IMG/VR virus record: IMGVR_UViG_3300027777_000022 | Source of the DNA: a virus | Taxonomy: Duplodnaviria > Heunggongvirae > Uroviricota > Caudoviricetes | Strand: one strand, 5' to 3' | Length of the DNA: 64,000 bases | In this document: positions 35,565 through 44,315 of the stretch, in pieces | Position numbering within the stretch: the stretch's first letter is position 1 | How the letters are laid out: the number at the start of each line of letters is the position of its first letter | Translations under genes and position numbers: made by a program | The notes under the pieces: generated by a model | What the model was told of the DNA's origin: nothing | The model's input: the letters and a program-made list of their open reading frames with translations, nothing else | Database searches by the model: none

Positions 35565-36937
35565 AGTTTATCTCCAGGTTCAAATCCGCGGAATCTCATG
35601 AATCTTGGGAATCGTAGGCTGTATGTCCCGTCTTGGTTTTGGGTGACTGCGTCCGCTTCGACTTCAACCACGTGACCAAGTAACTGATCCCGGGAAGTCC
35701 AATACTCATCACGATCGCTGTCAGACAAACCGCTACCAACATTAACTCTGATGTTTCTGTCATTATCAACTCCTTCACACACTATAGCACCCAACCGGCC
35801 AGCATTGCGACCAGTTCCTTCTTCAAATCCCACAATATTGAGATCCACGGTGATGGTGGGTTTCCATTTCATCCAGAAGTCAGACCGTTTGCACTCGTAG
35901 GGTGCATCCAGATTCTTGATCATGATGCCTTCAAAACCATCCTTTACTGCATCCTGTGCGTAGCGATTCATAATGTCGTGGCCTTCGGCTGTGTCCAGAT
36001 CCACTTCGATACCACTCATCAAACGCAAACATGTGGTTTGATCGAATCGACGGCACAATTGTTTTAGGGTTTCCAGACGTTTGTATTGACGGATATTGCA
36101 ATGTCCTTCCATGAATTCATGAAAACTCATCATGTCAAACACATGATACACCATGCCCAAAGTTTCAGCATCATTTTTACGATGTGCTTGACGCATGAGT
36201 TTCTGGAAACTCTCTCCCACAATTTCACCATCCAACACTAATCCGCCAGTTGGGCTGTGATCAAGGTCGAGATCAAGTGCTGCTATAGCATCTGCAATCT
36301 GCGGAAAGTTCACAAACTCTTTGCCGTTGCGGCTGAATAGTGTGACACCACTTTTTTTGACCACTGCCAACACACGCACACCATCCAGTTTAACTTCCAG
36401 GCGTTTGATGCCTTTCATTTTGGCTGGTCGATCTGTGGAGTCTTGAGCCAACTGGCATGAGAATACAGGAATACGATACTGTGTTTTGCCCACAACCTTG
36501 TTCAATGTTTTCTCACTGATACCACAGCGCAGGTCTTTGCGGATCACCGGCGCACATACCAAGTTCCACTCATCGCTATCAAACTCTTCGCTGATACTTT
36601 TTATCATGTCTCTAGCTGCATGGCCTGAGGTACCGCGTGTGCGTAGTGATTCCAACAAGCCCCAGAACCGTGGCCACGGATTGGCACGACCTGTGAGCCC
36701 TGAAGTCTCGGGCAGTTGTTTCACATGGAAAGTATAGAAAGGATTGTAGGCTTGATAGCAATTGAACAAAAAAGCCTGTGCATCGGCACTGCCCAGTTTT
36801 GCAGCCATCAAGGCTTTTTCAATTACCTTTTCTTTGTGGAGGCGGCTGTCGGATTCAGCCAGTTCCGTTATCCAGCCTGACGACATAGTGCCCTCGTAGC
36901 GTGGATCATCAATGTCGTATGTGAATTCATTTGTCAT
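35561..36937 (-). CDS. ATP-dependent DNA ligase
   Basis: EVKLDGVR (KxDG), SRNGK, LDGE, VFD, EGIMIK, WMKWK, VGSG, SLRFPRF. Confidence 0.95.
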   Translation of the reverse strand: MTNEFTYDIDDPRYEGTMSSGWITELAESDSRLHKEKVIEKALMAAKLGSADAQAFLFNCYQAYNPFYTFHVKQLPETSGLTGRANPWPRFWGLLESLRTRGTSGHAARDMIKSISEEFDSDEWNLVCAPVIRKDLRCGISEKTLNKVVGKTQYRIPVFSCQLAQDSTDRPAKMKGIKRLEVKLDGVRVLAVVKKSGVTLFSRNGKEFVNFPQIADAIAALDLDLDHSPTGGLVLDGEIVGESFQKLMRQAHRKNDAETLGMVYHVFDMMSFHEFMEGHCNIRQYKRLETLKQLCRRFDQTTCLRLMSGIEVDLDTAEGHDIMNRYAQDAVKDGFEGIMIKNLDAPYECKRSDFWMKWKPTITVDLNIVGFEEGTGRNAGRLGAIVCEGVDNDRNIRVNVGSGLSDSDRDEYWTSRDQLLGHVVEVEADAVTQNQDGTYSLRFPRFMRFRGFEPGDKL

Positions 36938-36940
36938 TAT

Positions 36941-37402
36941 TTACTTCTCTTGTTGTTTGGCCAATGCACATACAAATAGAAACTGTTCGTAGGCATCACG
37001 TACTGTTGGATTAGAGTATAACACATCTGCTTCAGAAAGTAAAGCATTGATTCCTGCCTGTGCAATATCGTGAGCACTGGCACCTTGCAATGTGCAAAGT
37101 TCATCACCAAATTCTTTGGCCAGTTTTTTCCAAGCTCGTTGTTGAGCAAGCGTGATAGGAGTTTGTCGTGGTTTCAATTCACTGGTCACACGCATGGCCG
37201 TGGTCATGGCATCTTCGGCAACCCGACTAGCAGCAATCAATCCAGCATGGTTGGGATCGATATTGTAACGGGTGCTGCGCCCACCTGGATATGTTATCAC
37301 AAGATGAGCGCCTTCGGGAAAGGATTCTATGAGCAAGCTATCGTACTCACGCACAGGCGTATACTTACGCCCTACCTTTTCATAAAATACTGTTTTTACC
37401 AT
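36941..37402 (-). CDS. hypothetical phage protein
   Basis: 153 aa; YEKVGRKYTPV. Confidence 0.7.
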   Translation of the reverse strand: MVKTVFYEKVGRKYTPVREYDSLLIESFPEGAHLVITYPGGRSTRYNIDPNHAGLIAASRVAEDAMTTAMRVTSELKPRQTPITLAQQRAWKKLAKEFGDELCTLQGASAHDIAQAGINALLSEADVLYSNPTVRDAYEQFLFVCALAKQQEK

Positions 37403-37773
37403 GAGCTGTTGTAGAATACTTTTAGGCCAATGAATATCTCAGCCTTGGCATTGCGAACAAATGCAAGATCATGTTCTCGATAATAGTCGTCGGCGTTATT
37501 GCCAAAGAAGAATCCAGTGGTACCGGGCAACTGTTTGTTTGTGACTGCACGTTCCAATTCTTCAAGGTCTTCCCACGTGAGTTCTAGTTCAGTACCATTG
37601 AACTGATCTTCAGGATGGCCGTTTGGACAGCCTTTGTGTTCCCACAGTCGATGCATCCATCCGTGCAGGTTAGGATGCTTGCGCCAGTATGCAATTTCAC
37701 GCTGTACCAATTTGCCTTGCTTGGCACTGTCGTTGGCCTGGGTGGCTGCATACGCATACATATCTAGTCCCAT
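37396..37773 (-). CDS. hypothetical phage protein (MGLDMY...YWRK family)
   Basis: MGLDMYAY, AYWRKHPNLHGWM, GFFFG, YNSSW; AAGGAG SD. Confidence 0.8.
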   Translation of the reverse strand: MGLDMYAYAATQANDSAKQGKLVQREIAYWRKHPNLHGWMHRLWEHKGCPNGHPEDQFNGTELELTWEDLEELERAVTNKQLPGTTGFFFGNNADDYYREHDLAFVRNAKAEIFIGLKVFYNSSW

Positions 37774-37783
37774 GTGTTTCTCC

Positions 37784-38137
37784 TTATGTCTTCACTAGAG
37801 TGGGCATTACACCATCTTTGAGTGTGCGCAACAGAATACGATTGCGTTCATCTTGTTCTTTGCGTTCACGCTTGGTATCCATATCCTTAGCAATCACCAT
37901 GCGATCATAATCGCGGGCCCATTCAACACCCTGCATCCAGTTTTCGGCACCTTCCAATGTGCCCGAAAAAAATTGTGCATCACGGGTATAGATAGGCAAA
38001 GCATTATCATCCTTGGGGATCAATGCTACATTGGCACCAAACTCGTTATCATACTTGTATGCAGCAAACTTCATTCCAAGTTTATCTGCTTGTTGTTCTA
38101 GTCTGCGAATCTGACGAATTGTATTCCATCCTGTCAT
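37784..38137 (-). CDS. hypothetical phage protein
   Basis: 117 aa ORF with SD. Confidence 0.7.
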   Translation of the reverse strand: MTGWNTIRQIRRLEQQADKLGMKFAAYKYDNEFGANVALIPKDDNALPIYTRDAQFFSGTLEGAENWMQGVEWARDYDRMVIAKDMDTKRERKEQDERNRILLRTLKDGVMPTLVKT

Positions 38138-38145
38138 GATGATTC

Positions 38146-38289
38146 CTACGTTAGCAAATTGTTAATGATGTCCAGTGCAAGTTGCACCATTTCTGTACTG
38201 ATATTGAGTTTAGCAGCCATATCTGACACTGTGAAATGTCTGTCCATCATCTCGCGTACTGCTAGAATGACGTCACGTTTGATAAACAT
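38146..38289 (-). CDS. 47-aa HTH-like protein
   Basis: MFIKRDVILAVREMMDRHFTVSDMAAKLNISTEMVQLALDIINNLLT. Confidence 0.55.
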   Translation of the reverse strand: MFIKRDVILAVREMMDRHFTVSDMAAKLNISTEMVQLALDIINNLLT

Positions 38290-38292
38290 ATT

Positions 38293-38319
38293 AAAAGCGG
38301 GCAGGCGTTGCACCTGCCC
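38293..38319 (-). terminator. intrinsic terminator
   Basis: GGGCAGG-loop-CCTGCCC-GC-TTTT after 38332..38751. Confidence 0.55.
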
Positions 38320-38331
38320 TGTGGACGTTGA

Positions 38332-38751
38332 TTATTTGGTACCAAACACAGCCATCATCAGGCTGTCAACTTCAGCTTCGGTCACTGTGACTTCGGCTGC
38401 TGCGGCACGAGCCTTGGCTGCTTTGGCACGGATGGAATCCATGGTAGGACGAGCCTTGACTGTGACAGTCTTGGAAACTTTCTGCTTCACAGTCTTTGCA
38501 GCCTTGACAGGGCGAGTCTTCACAGCCACTTCTGCTTGCAGTGCTTCACGCACAGCATCAGTGTCGGCAAATCCTTCCAGGCCCAACAGATACGCCACAG
38601 CACCTGCCTTGTCCATTGCAGACGGCAGCGGCACAATATTCACATCAGTATCACCCAGCTTGGCCAGCTGTTTGGCACGAGCCTCAGAGTTGGCAAAACG
38701 AACTTTGAGAACACCTTTGAGAACGGAAGTACCAGCGAAAGTGTAAGACAT
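38332..38751 (-). CDS. Ala/Lys-rich early protein
   Basis: KVRFAN N-domain, basic low-complexity C-half; AGGAG SD and own promoter. Confidence 0.75.
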   Translation of the reverse strand: MSYTFAGTSVLKGVLKVRFANSEARAKQLAKLGDTDVNIVPLPSAMDKAGAVAYLLGLEGFADTDAVREALQAEVAVKTRPVKAAKTVKQKVSKTVTVKARPTMDSIRAKAAKARAAAAEVTVTEAEVDSLMMAVFGTK

Positions 38752-38779
38752 AAAAACTCCTAAGTTAAATTAAAAATGT

Positions 38780-38808
38780 ATTATAACCAAAAACCCAATA
38801 TCAGTCAA
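38780..38808 (-). promoter_or_regulatory. sigma70-type early promoter
   Basis: TTGACT-17-TATAAT. Confidence 0.8.
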
Positions 38809-39446
38809 CCCCAGGCGAGCCCAAAGTTGCGGGCGCATACTGGACCATACCCAACTTGCACAGAACGGTCATCTTTCAACCCGTGATTGCAAAAACTACA
38901 ACCACCAGTGAGACGTCCATAACGTCCTGCTGTCGCAGATGGATCATCTGCAAACTCTTTTACTAGATCACACACTTCTTGCGTGGCACTGCGAGTAGCA
39001 AAAAACTCACCAGTAACATCCACACGGCCAAAGAACTTGTTGTTGCCAAACGGTCCGCCGTCAGTGATCAGGATCTGACCCACATACTTGCTGTTGGCAC
39101 CTGCACGGGCAAACGCCACTGGCTGTCCTTGTGCAGTTTGCAATTTAACTTTGACACGGCGCAGTTTCTTAGCAGCCAGATCAAACAGATCTTGGATCTT
39201 TTGAAAGTTAACTTGAATCTGTGCAACAGGTGCAGCAACAGGTTGAGTAGCACGTTGATGCAAAGTATCAACCCAGGTCAGCTGTTTGGGGGACAAGCTA
39301 CCATAACGATAGAAGTTCAGAATCAGGCTTGATGCAAAGTTGCCGTCGCTGTTGCTCAGCTTACCAAGCACAGAACTCAGTGTCTCTACCTGAGTTTGTT
39401 GTACTGAATTCAGTTGCACAGCTTTACGAGTTTGGGTTGCGGTCAT
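38805..39446 (-). CDS. DUF6011-like zinc-finger protein
   Basis: CSFCNHGLKDDRSVQVGYGPVCA; start MTATQ after AAGGAG. Confidence 0.75.
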   Translation of the reverse strand: MTATQTRKAVQLNSVQQTQVETLSSVLGKLSNSDGNFASSLILNFYRYGSLSPKQLTWVDTLHQRATQPVAAPVAQIQVNFQKIQDLFDLAAKKLRRVKVKLQTAQGQPVAFARAGANSKYVGQILITDGGPFGNNKFFGRVDVTGEFFATRSATQEVCDLVKEFADDPSATAGRYGRLTGGCSFCNHGLKDDRSVQVGYGPVCARNFGLAWG

Positions 39447-39471
39447 AAGCACTCCTTGTTGCGATGTATGT

Positions 39472-39538
39472 ATTATAACCGGAAATGCAATACCGGTCAA
39501 CCAAATCCTTCAGGATAAACTGTGGGTTTTATGCCACA
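39472..39538 (-). promoter_or_regulatory. sigma70 promoter plus TGTGG-N8-CCACA box
   Basis: TTGACC(39495-39500)-17-TATAAT(39472-39477); palindrome 39521-39538, 20 nt upstream of -35. Confidence 0.8.
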
Positions 39539-39927
39539 GCCACTCCCTCTACAAACAGGTCCACAGACTCGCTGTAGTAGCCGTTTGACTCGCCCAACCA
39601 ACGAACATCCACATAGCCCTTACGGGTAGCAAACTTGTAGAAGGTATAGGTGTAAGACTCGTAGTGCTCTTCGTCTGGCTCAGTCACACCCGAAACTTCC
39701 TCTGCGATCAACAAAGGCTCGCCCACCAGGTCCTGCAGGTCACCAACAATGTCGTTGATGTCCACGCTCTCACAGCAGTCCTGATAGTGGCTAAACAAGA
39801 ACTGCTCGCCCTCTGCGGTCACGAACAGCATCTCGCCTGAGCCAACTGACCCAGTCACCTGGACAAAGGTCTTGCCCTTCATCAACTCTAGTCCTTTTGC
39901 GGTATCCATCATGTTGCGGTAGTCCAT
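39529..39927 (-). CDS. hypothetical phage protein
   Basis: HYQDCCESV...ATRKGYVDVRWLGESNGYYSE; start after AAGGAG. Confidence 0.75.
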   Translation of the reverse strand: MDYRNMMDTAKGLELMKGKTFVQVTGSVGSGEMLFVTAEGEQFLFSHYQDCCESVDINDIVGDLQDLVGEPLLIAEEVSGVTEPDEEHYESYTYTFYKFATRKGYVDVRWLGESNGYYSESVDLFVEGVAVA

Positions 39928-39957
39928 CTGGTGCTCCTTGTTGCTGTCTATGTGTGT

Positions 39958-39986
39958 ATTATACCTGATCTGCCGATTCTGGTCAA
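39958..39986 (-). promoter_or_regulatory. sigma70-type early promoter
   Basis: TTGACC-17-TATAAT; near duplicate of the promoter at 40240-40268. Confidence 0.85.
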
Positions 39987-39991
39987 CCGTT

Positions 39992-40210
39992 TTAACGGAT
40001 CTCAAACAAAGGATTGATGCGATCACTGTTGGCCACACGGATTTTTTTGCCAGCGACTACAATGTAGCCATAGTGTTCATAGAGGCCGTGCGGGCAAGGT
40101 TCAATAGTTACCTTACGCACAATCTCACAAAAACCCCAACGCTTGGTAGGCAACTTACCTTGAAACAATCGCATGTTTTCCATGGAAGTAATCAGGATTT
40201 TTGCTTTCAA
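39992..40210 (-). CDS. small hypothetical early protein
   Basis: TTG start, GAGG SD, flanked by duplicated promoters. Confidence 0.6.
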   Translation of the reverse strand: MKAKILITSMENMRLFQGKLPTKRWGFCEIVRKVTIEPCPHGLYEHYGYIVVAGKKIRVANSDRINPLFEIR

Positions 40211-40239
40211 TTTGAACCTCGTTTGCTGTTTATGTATGT

Positions 40240-40295
40240 ATTATACCCGATCTGCCAATTTCGGTCAACCGCGATATTGTGGGTTTTTTGCAACA
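40240..40295 (-). promoter_or_regulatory. sigma70 promoter plus TGTGG-N8-CAACA box
   Basis: TTGACC(40263-40268)-17-TATAAT(40240-40245); palindrome 40278-40295, 9 nt upstream of -35; second box TGTGG-N8-CGACA at 40323-40340. Confidence 0.85.
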
Positions 40296-40296
40296 A

Positions 40297-40323
40297 AAAA
40301 ACCCTGCACAGGGCAGGGTTTTT
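40297..40323. terminator. intrinsic terminator after the porin gene
   Basis: aaaaaccctgc-acagg-gcagggttttt. Confidence 0.8.
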
Positions 40324-40366
40324 GTGGTTATTTTGCGACATTTTGTCGCAAACTACAGTTGGCAAT

Positions 40367-41266
40367 TTAGAAATTGTATTCAACCCCAACACCATATTGT
40401 GTGACATCTGTTGCAGCATCAGTGAAACTCCAACGTCCATGCACAGTAAGTGCCTTGCTCATTGAGTAAGCCACACCAAGTGTTTTGGCAGTTACACCAC
40501 TACTAGTTTCACCGTAGCCTCCTAATACTGCAAATTGTGGGGTAACGGCTTGACGAACACCCACGCTCTTACCTGTGGTGCTCACACCTGACACTGTGTC
40601 ATCGCTATACATACCAAACACTGTGGTACCTGTAGCAGCCACGGTGTACTTGGCACCCAGGATGGTGCTTGCGCTGTTTGTGCTGTTGTCGTAACGTGCC
40701 AAGGTAGCAGCAACTGGACCGGCTGCATAATCAATGCTGGCAGTTTGTACATTGGTCACACCAGCTGTTTCGCTATTGGCCATTACATAGTTGACTTTGA
40801 ATCCGGCCACTGTTGCTGTGCTCAAGAACACTGCGTTTTGCAAACGGCTACCTTGTGCGCTGTGGATAGCAGGTACGGTAGTACCATAGGTATTTTCCAT
40901 CACGTCAAAGTTGTTCAACACACGAACCACTGAGTGCTGGTCACGCCCTACACCAACCGAACCCAAGCTGTTGCTCAGGCTAAAAACGGAGGTACGATCG
41001 CCCAATGTGGTAGCGCCAGGTGCATCCATACCAATACCAGTTTCAATCACAGCACTGGCAGTGATACCGTTGCCAACATCAGCTGTGGCTCGGAAGCCCA
41101 AGCGACTGGAATCATTGGTCAAACGTGTTAATGCGCTAGCTGTGCCCAAGGTATAAGATTCTTGATACTCACGCACTTTGCCATAGACGCTGACTTGAGG
41201 GGTGGTCTGTGCCTGAGCAAAACCTGCGGCCAATGCCAGGGCCAGTAGTAAAGCATATTTCTTCAT
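40367..41266 (-). CDS. Gram-negative (betaproteobacterial-type) outer-membrane porin
   Basis: Signal peptide ending AQA, VSVYG, SRLGFR, amphipathic beta strands, YSMSK, C-terminal YNF. Confidence 0.88.
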   Translation of the reverse strand: MKKYALLLALALAAGFAQAQTTPQVSVYGKVREYQESYTLGTASALTRLTNDSSRLGFRATADVGNGITASAVIETGIGMDAPGATTLGDRTSVFSLSNSLGSVGVGRDQHSVVRVLNNFDVMENTYGTTVPAIHSAQGSRLQNAVFLSTATVAGFKVNYVMANSETAGVTNVQTASIDYAAGPVAATLARYDNSTNSASTILGAKYTVAATGTTVFGMYSDDTVSGVSTTGKSVGVRQAVTPQFAVLGGYGETSSGVTAKTLGVAYSMSKALTVHGRWSFTDAATDVTQYGVGVEYNF

Positions 41267-41341
41267 GAAGTTTTCCTTTTAAAAAGTTGTTGTTATATAC
41301 CAATTGGTACATTCTACTTAGCTAGTATAGCAGCATGATTT

Positions 41342-43264
41342 CTATTTTACAACCAAATTGGCTGCTTCTGCGTCGGTGTATCTGCTCGGAATCAATTTTG
41401 CACGTGGAGGAACCGAACTGGGTGTGCTAGGAATCACTGTGTCTTGTCCGGCTCCGGCAGCATCTAATGCTGATACATTTTTGCCTTCTCTCAAACAGGC
41501 CACTATGGCTTGCCCACCTTGTGTGTCAAGATCCGCCACTGATTCAAGAAACTGAGCTGGACCGTTTTGTTCAGTGTTGATTCCATAATCGGGCAGACTC
41601 TGTACAAAGCTCATGATCGGGCCACGACCGGTTGTTGACAAATTGGCTATGTCTATGCTGGCCAATGATAGATTGGTAAGTTCTGAACTGAGATTTGCCG
41701 CCATGGCAATGAAATTACTGTTCAACACTGAAGATTGTGTAGGGTACGAGTTTTCAATTACAACAACTTCTGCAGCAGCAGCACTAATCAATGCGTTTAA
41801 TGCAGCATCAGCATTGTCGTATGTGCCTGCTCCTGGGCCAGGGGGAATAATTACCAAATTGCCTACATTGTACACTCCATCTACTGCGGATTGCATTCGA
41901 ACATAAATCTCAATCAATGTGTTTAAAATTCCATCTGAAGTCATGCTGTTGATTGTAGTGGTAACATTGGTAAGATTACCGGTAAATGGTACTCCCACTG
42001 CTGCTCCCAACAGATCTGTTATGACCAATGTTCCATCAGGTCCTGATCCGGTTGCATATGTACTGGAATAAAATGCTGCCACAGATGGAGGTACCGCCTC
42101 CGGCAACGAACTGATGAGATCAAGATCTCGGGTGGTCTGCATGTTGATAAACGCTGCGGCCAACTGTGTCAAACTCATATTATTAATGTTCTTGATCTGT
42201 TGCAAACTGACTTGAATAGCTTTGGACGCCAGTGCTTGGTCTGGTGGTACAATCAAACTCAGTTGTTGATATGTGATCATATTGCTGCTGCCGGTAACCA
42301 AAATATATTGCGGCAAATAAATCAACAGTTTTGAATTTACAGTATCTTGATTGTTATCGTAGATTGCCCGCAATACACTTGATGTATCTTGACTGTAAGT
42401 TCTCACAGTAAGACTTGGATAACTGTTGGGGAAAATCTTAACAGGATTTAACAAATCAGCCATGGTAGTTATGTTAGGAGTTTTTATTCCAAATACTGCC
42501 AACACTTGCTCTAGGTCTGTACCTGTGACATTTAGCATGCCCTGGTATGCCAGTCGTTGTACATTGTTATCAACATTAACATTGGGGTTTACTATGTCAT
42601 TGATGTTGGCTTGATTGATTCCAGCTTGCGTTAATGCATTGTTCACCCCAGGCGTGATATTGGTCAGAGTGGCCAATTGACGTAACAATGCAGCAGGTGA
42701 TCCAAAGTTACCAAGATTGTTGAGATCAATCATTTGTCCCAATGCAGTTAGATCGGTACCAAATGATTGCATGGCCAATGTGGAATCACTGAGATTGCCA
42801 GTGATCAAACTGTTCATGCTGGTGAATGTTGATCCCAAATAAGTTTGACTATTAATGCTGGTATTGATATAACTATTCGTAGCAACCACATATCCCTGTG
42901 CTGCCGGAAATACTTGTGCAAATATGTTGTTGTTGCCGTTGCCAAGATAACTGTTGCCTTGAGTAGTTACTACTCCAGTAAATCCAGTAGAAATATTTGT
43001 ACCAAGACTACTATATGCAGCAGGTGTATTATCGGCCAATGCTGGCACAGTACTGGCACAAAATGTGAACATGCTGATCAATGTGGCCTCACTGATATTG
43101 GCCCCTGGTGCTCCAGCCACGGCCGCAAAGAATGGCGTGAGTAATGTTGTACCAGTATATGAATTCACCGCTGCTGTCCACGTATTTGCAATGTGAACGC
43201 CGCTATTGTTGTTCAGTGCTGCACCAGCAATCATTTGTAAAGGAGTTAGTATACCAGTGGCCAT
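41342..43264 (-). CDS. large putative virion structural protein
   Basis: 640 aa, Thr/Ser/Asn/Ala-rich, low charge, next to the PAAR gene. Confidence 0.6.
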   Translation of the reverse strand: MATGILTPLQMIAGAALNNNSGVHIANTWTAAVNSYTGTTLLTPFFAAVAGAPGANISEATLISMFTFCASTVPALADNTPAAYSSLGTNISTGFTGVVTTQGNSYLGNGNNNIFAQVFPAAQGYVVATNSYINTSINSQTYLGSTFTSMNSLITGNLSDSTLAMQSFGTDLTALGQMIDLNNLGNFGSPAALLRQLATLTNITPGVNNALTQAGINQANINDIVNPNVNVDNNVQRLAYQGMLNVTGTDLEQVLAVFGIKTPNITTMADLLNPVKIFPNSYPSLTVRTYSQDTSSVLRAIYDNNQDTVNSKLLIYLPQYILVTGSSNMITYQQLSLIVPPDQALASKAIQVSLQQIKNINNMSLTQLAAAFINMQTTRDLDLISSLPEAVPPSVAAFYSSTYATGSGPDGTLVITDLLGAAVGVPFTGNLTNVTTTINSMTSDGILNTLIEIYVRMQSAVDGVYNVGNLVIIPPGPGAGTYDNADAALNALISAAAAEVVVIENSYPTQSSVLNSNFIAMAANLSSELTNLSLASIDIANLSTTGRGPIMSFVQSLPDYGINTEQNGPAQFLESVADLDTQGGQAIVACLREGKNVSALDAAGAGQDTVIPSTPSSVPPRAKLIPSRYTDAEAANLVVK

Positions 43265-43267
43265 GTG

Positions 43268-43555
43268 TTATCCTGCAAATACATCCGAACTGCCCGAGGC
43301 CACTGCTGTGCAACCAGCAAGCCCGTCGCCTACTCTTGCTAGAGGACTGCCATCAACAAATACTGTAGAACTTCCACTAGAAATAGGAGCAACATGTGTG
43401 GGGCATGGACTACCTGGTCTAAGATGAGGAGTGCTCTGATCTCCAACTCTAGCTGCTGGTTTTGAGTTAACAAATACTGTAGAACTGCCCGTGGCAATGC
43501 TGAATCCGCTACAATGTGGAACTCCTTGATCACCCAATCTTGCCACTGGTCGCAT
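43268..43555 (-). CDS. PAAR-repeat spike tip protein (T4 gp5.4-like)
   Basis: PVARLGD, PAARVGD, PLARVGD; GSSTVFV repeats. Confidence 0.92.
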   Translation of the reverse strand: MRPVARLGDQGVPHCSGFSIATGSSTVFVNSKPAARVGDQSTPHLRPGSPCPTHVAPISSGSSTVFVDGSPLARVGDGLAGCTAVASGSSDVFAG

Positions 43556-43745
43556 ATGCCTTCTCCATGAGTGTATTAAAATGGTCTAGCCATGAATCAA
43601 TTTCATCGTGCTGCTGTTGAGTGTGAGGCCCTGGAGGAATTTCAGGAACAAACTCTATCACATGGTCTAGATCATCTGGGACATGGTCATAGCAATCGTA
43701 TGTTTCAATTTTATCACGCCGCATGATTACAAATCTATGTCCCAT
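43530..43745 (-). CDS. hypothetical phage protein
   Basis: MGHRFVIM...PEIPPGPHT; TAAATA 4 nt before ATG. Confidence 0.7.
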   Translation of the reverse strand: MGHRFVIMRRDKIETYDCYDHVPDDLDHVIEFVPEIPPGPHTQQQHDEIDSWLDHFNTLMEKAYATSGKIG

Positions 43746-43773
43746 ATGGTATTTATGGGAGCAAAAACTCGTG

Positions 43774-44064
43774 TCAGCCCAAATGTATGCTAGTAGTGCT
43801 TTGCATGTATTGGTCAGCAAATGATTTGTCGCTGGCCACTGCCACTGTTACTGTGGCTTTGCTCAAGTTGATATCCTTGTCGGGTGCCACAGTAAACAAG
43901 TACGGCATGAGTCCTGGTCCTTTGGCACCCATGGCAATCACCATGGGCTTTGACAGTTTGTAATGTGTAGCTGTTTCCTCATTGAGTCTTGCTACCAATT
44001 CCTCACCTGATGTGAGTTTGAGTGTGACCACTTCGCCTGCACTAACGCCTTTGTCTATTAACAT
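43774..44064 (-). CDS. hypothetical phage protein (Sm-like fold)
   Basis: VVTLKLTSGEELVARL motif. Confidence 0.7.
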   Translation of the reverse strand: MLIDKGVSAGEVVTLKLTSGEELVARLNEETATHYKLSKPMVIAMGAKGPGLMPYLFTVAPDKDINLSKATVTVAVASDKSFADQYMQSTTSIHLG

Positions 44065-44310
44065 TTAATCTCCGTATCCGCCGGCGGTTTCTTCGATGTA
44101 TTTTCTCAGTTCTGTGAATCCGCCAACGTGATTGTTGTTCACAAAAATCTGTGGTACTGTTCTTGCTGTGGGCACTGCTTCCAGCAAGTCTTCTCGGGTG
44201 TATCCTGACCCAATTTTCCGTTCTTCATATGCAATGTTCCGCTGCTCCAACAAGGCTTTGGCTTGATTGCAGAATGTGCAATTGTCTTTTGACCAGACGA
44301 TGGCTTTCAT
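44065..44310 (-). CDS. glutaredoxin
   Basis: CTFC active site, TVPQIF, GGF; downstream of nrdAB. Confidence 0.92.
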   Translation of the reverse strand: MKAIVWSKDNCTFCNQAKALLEQRNIAYEERKIGSGYTREDLLEAVPTARTVPQIFVNNNHVGGFTELRKYIEETAGGYGD

Positions 44311-44315
44311 TTTTG

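Noticed and set aside
43268-43555. PAAR gene as evidence of a type VI secretion system
   Set aside because: No tss genes; the context fits a contractile-tail spike tip like T4 gp5.4.
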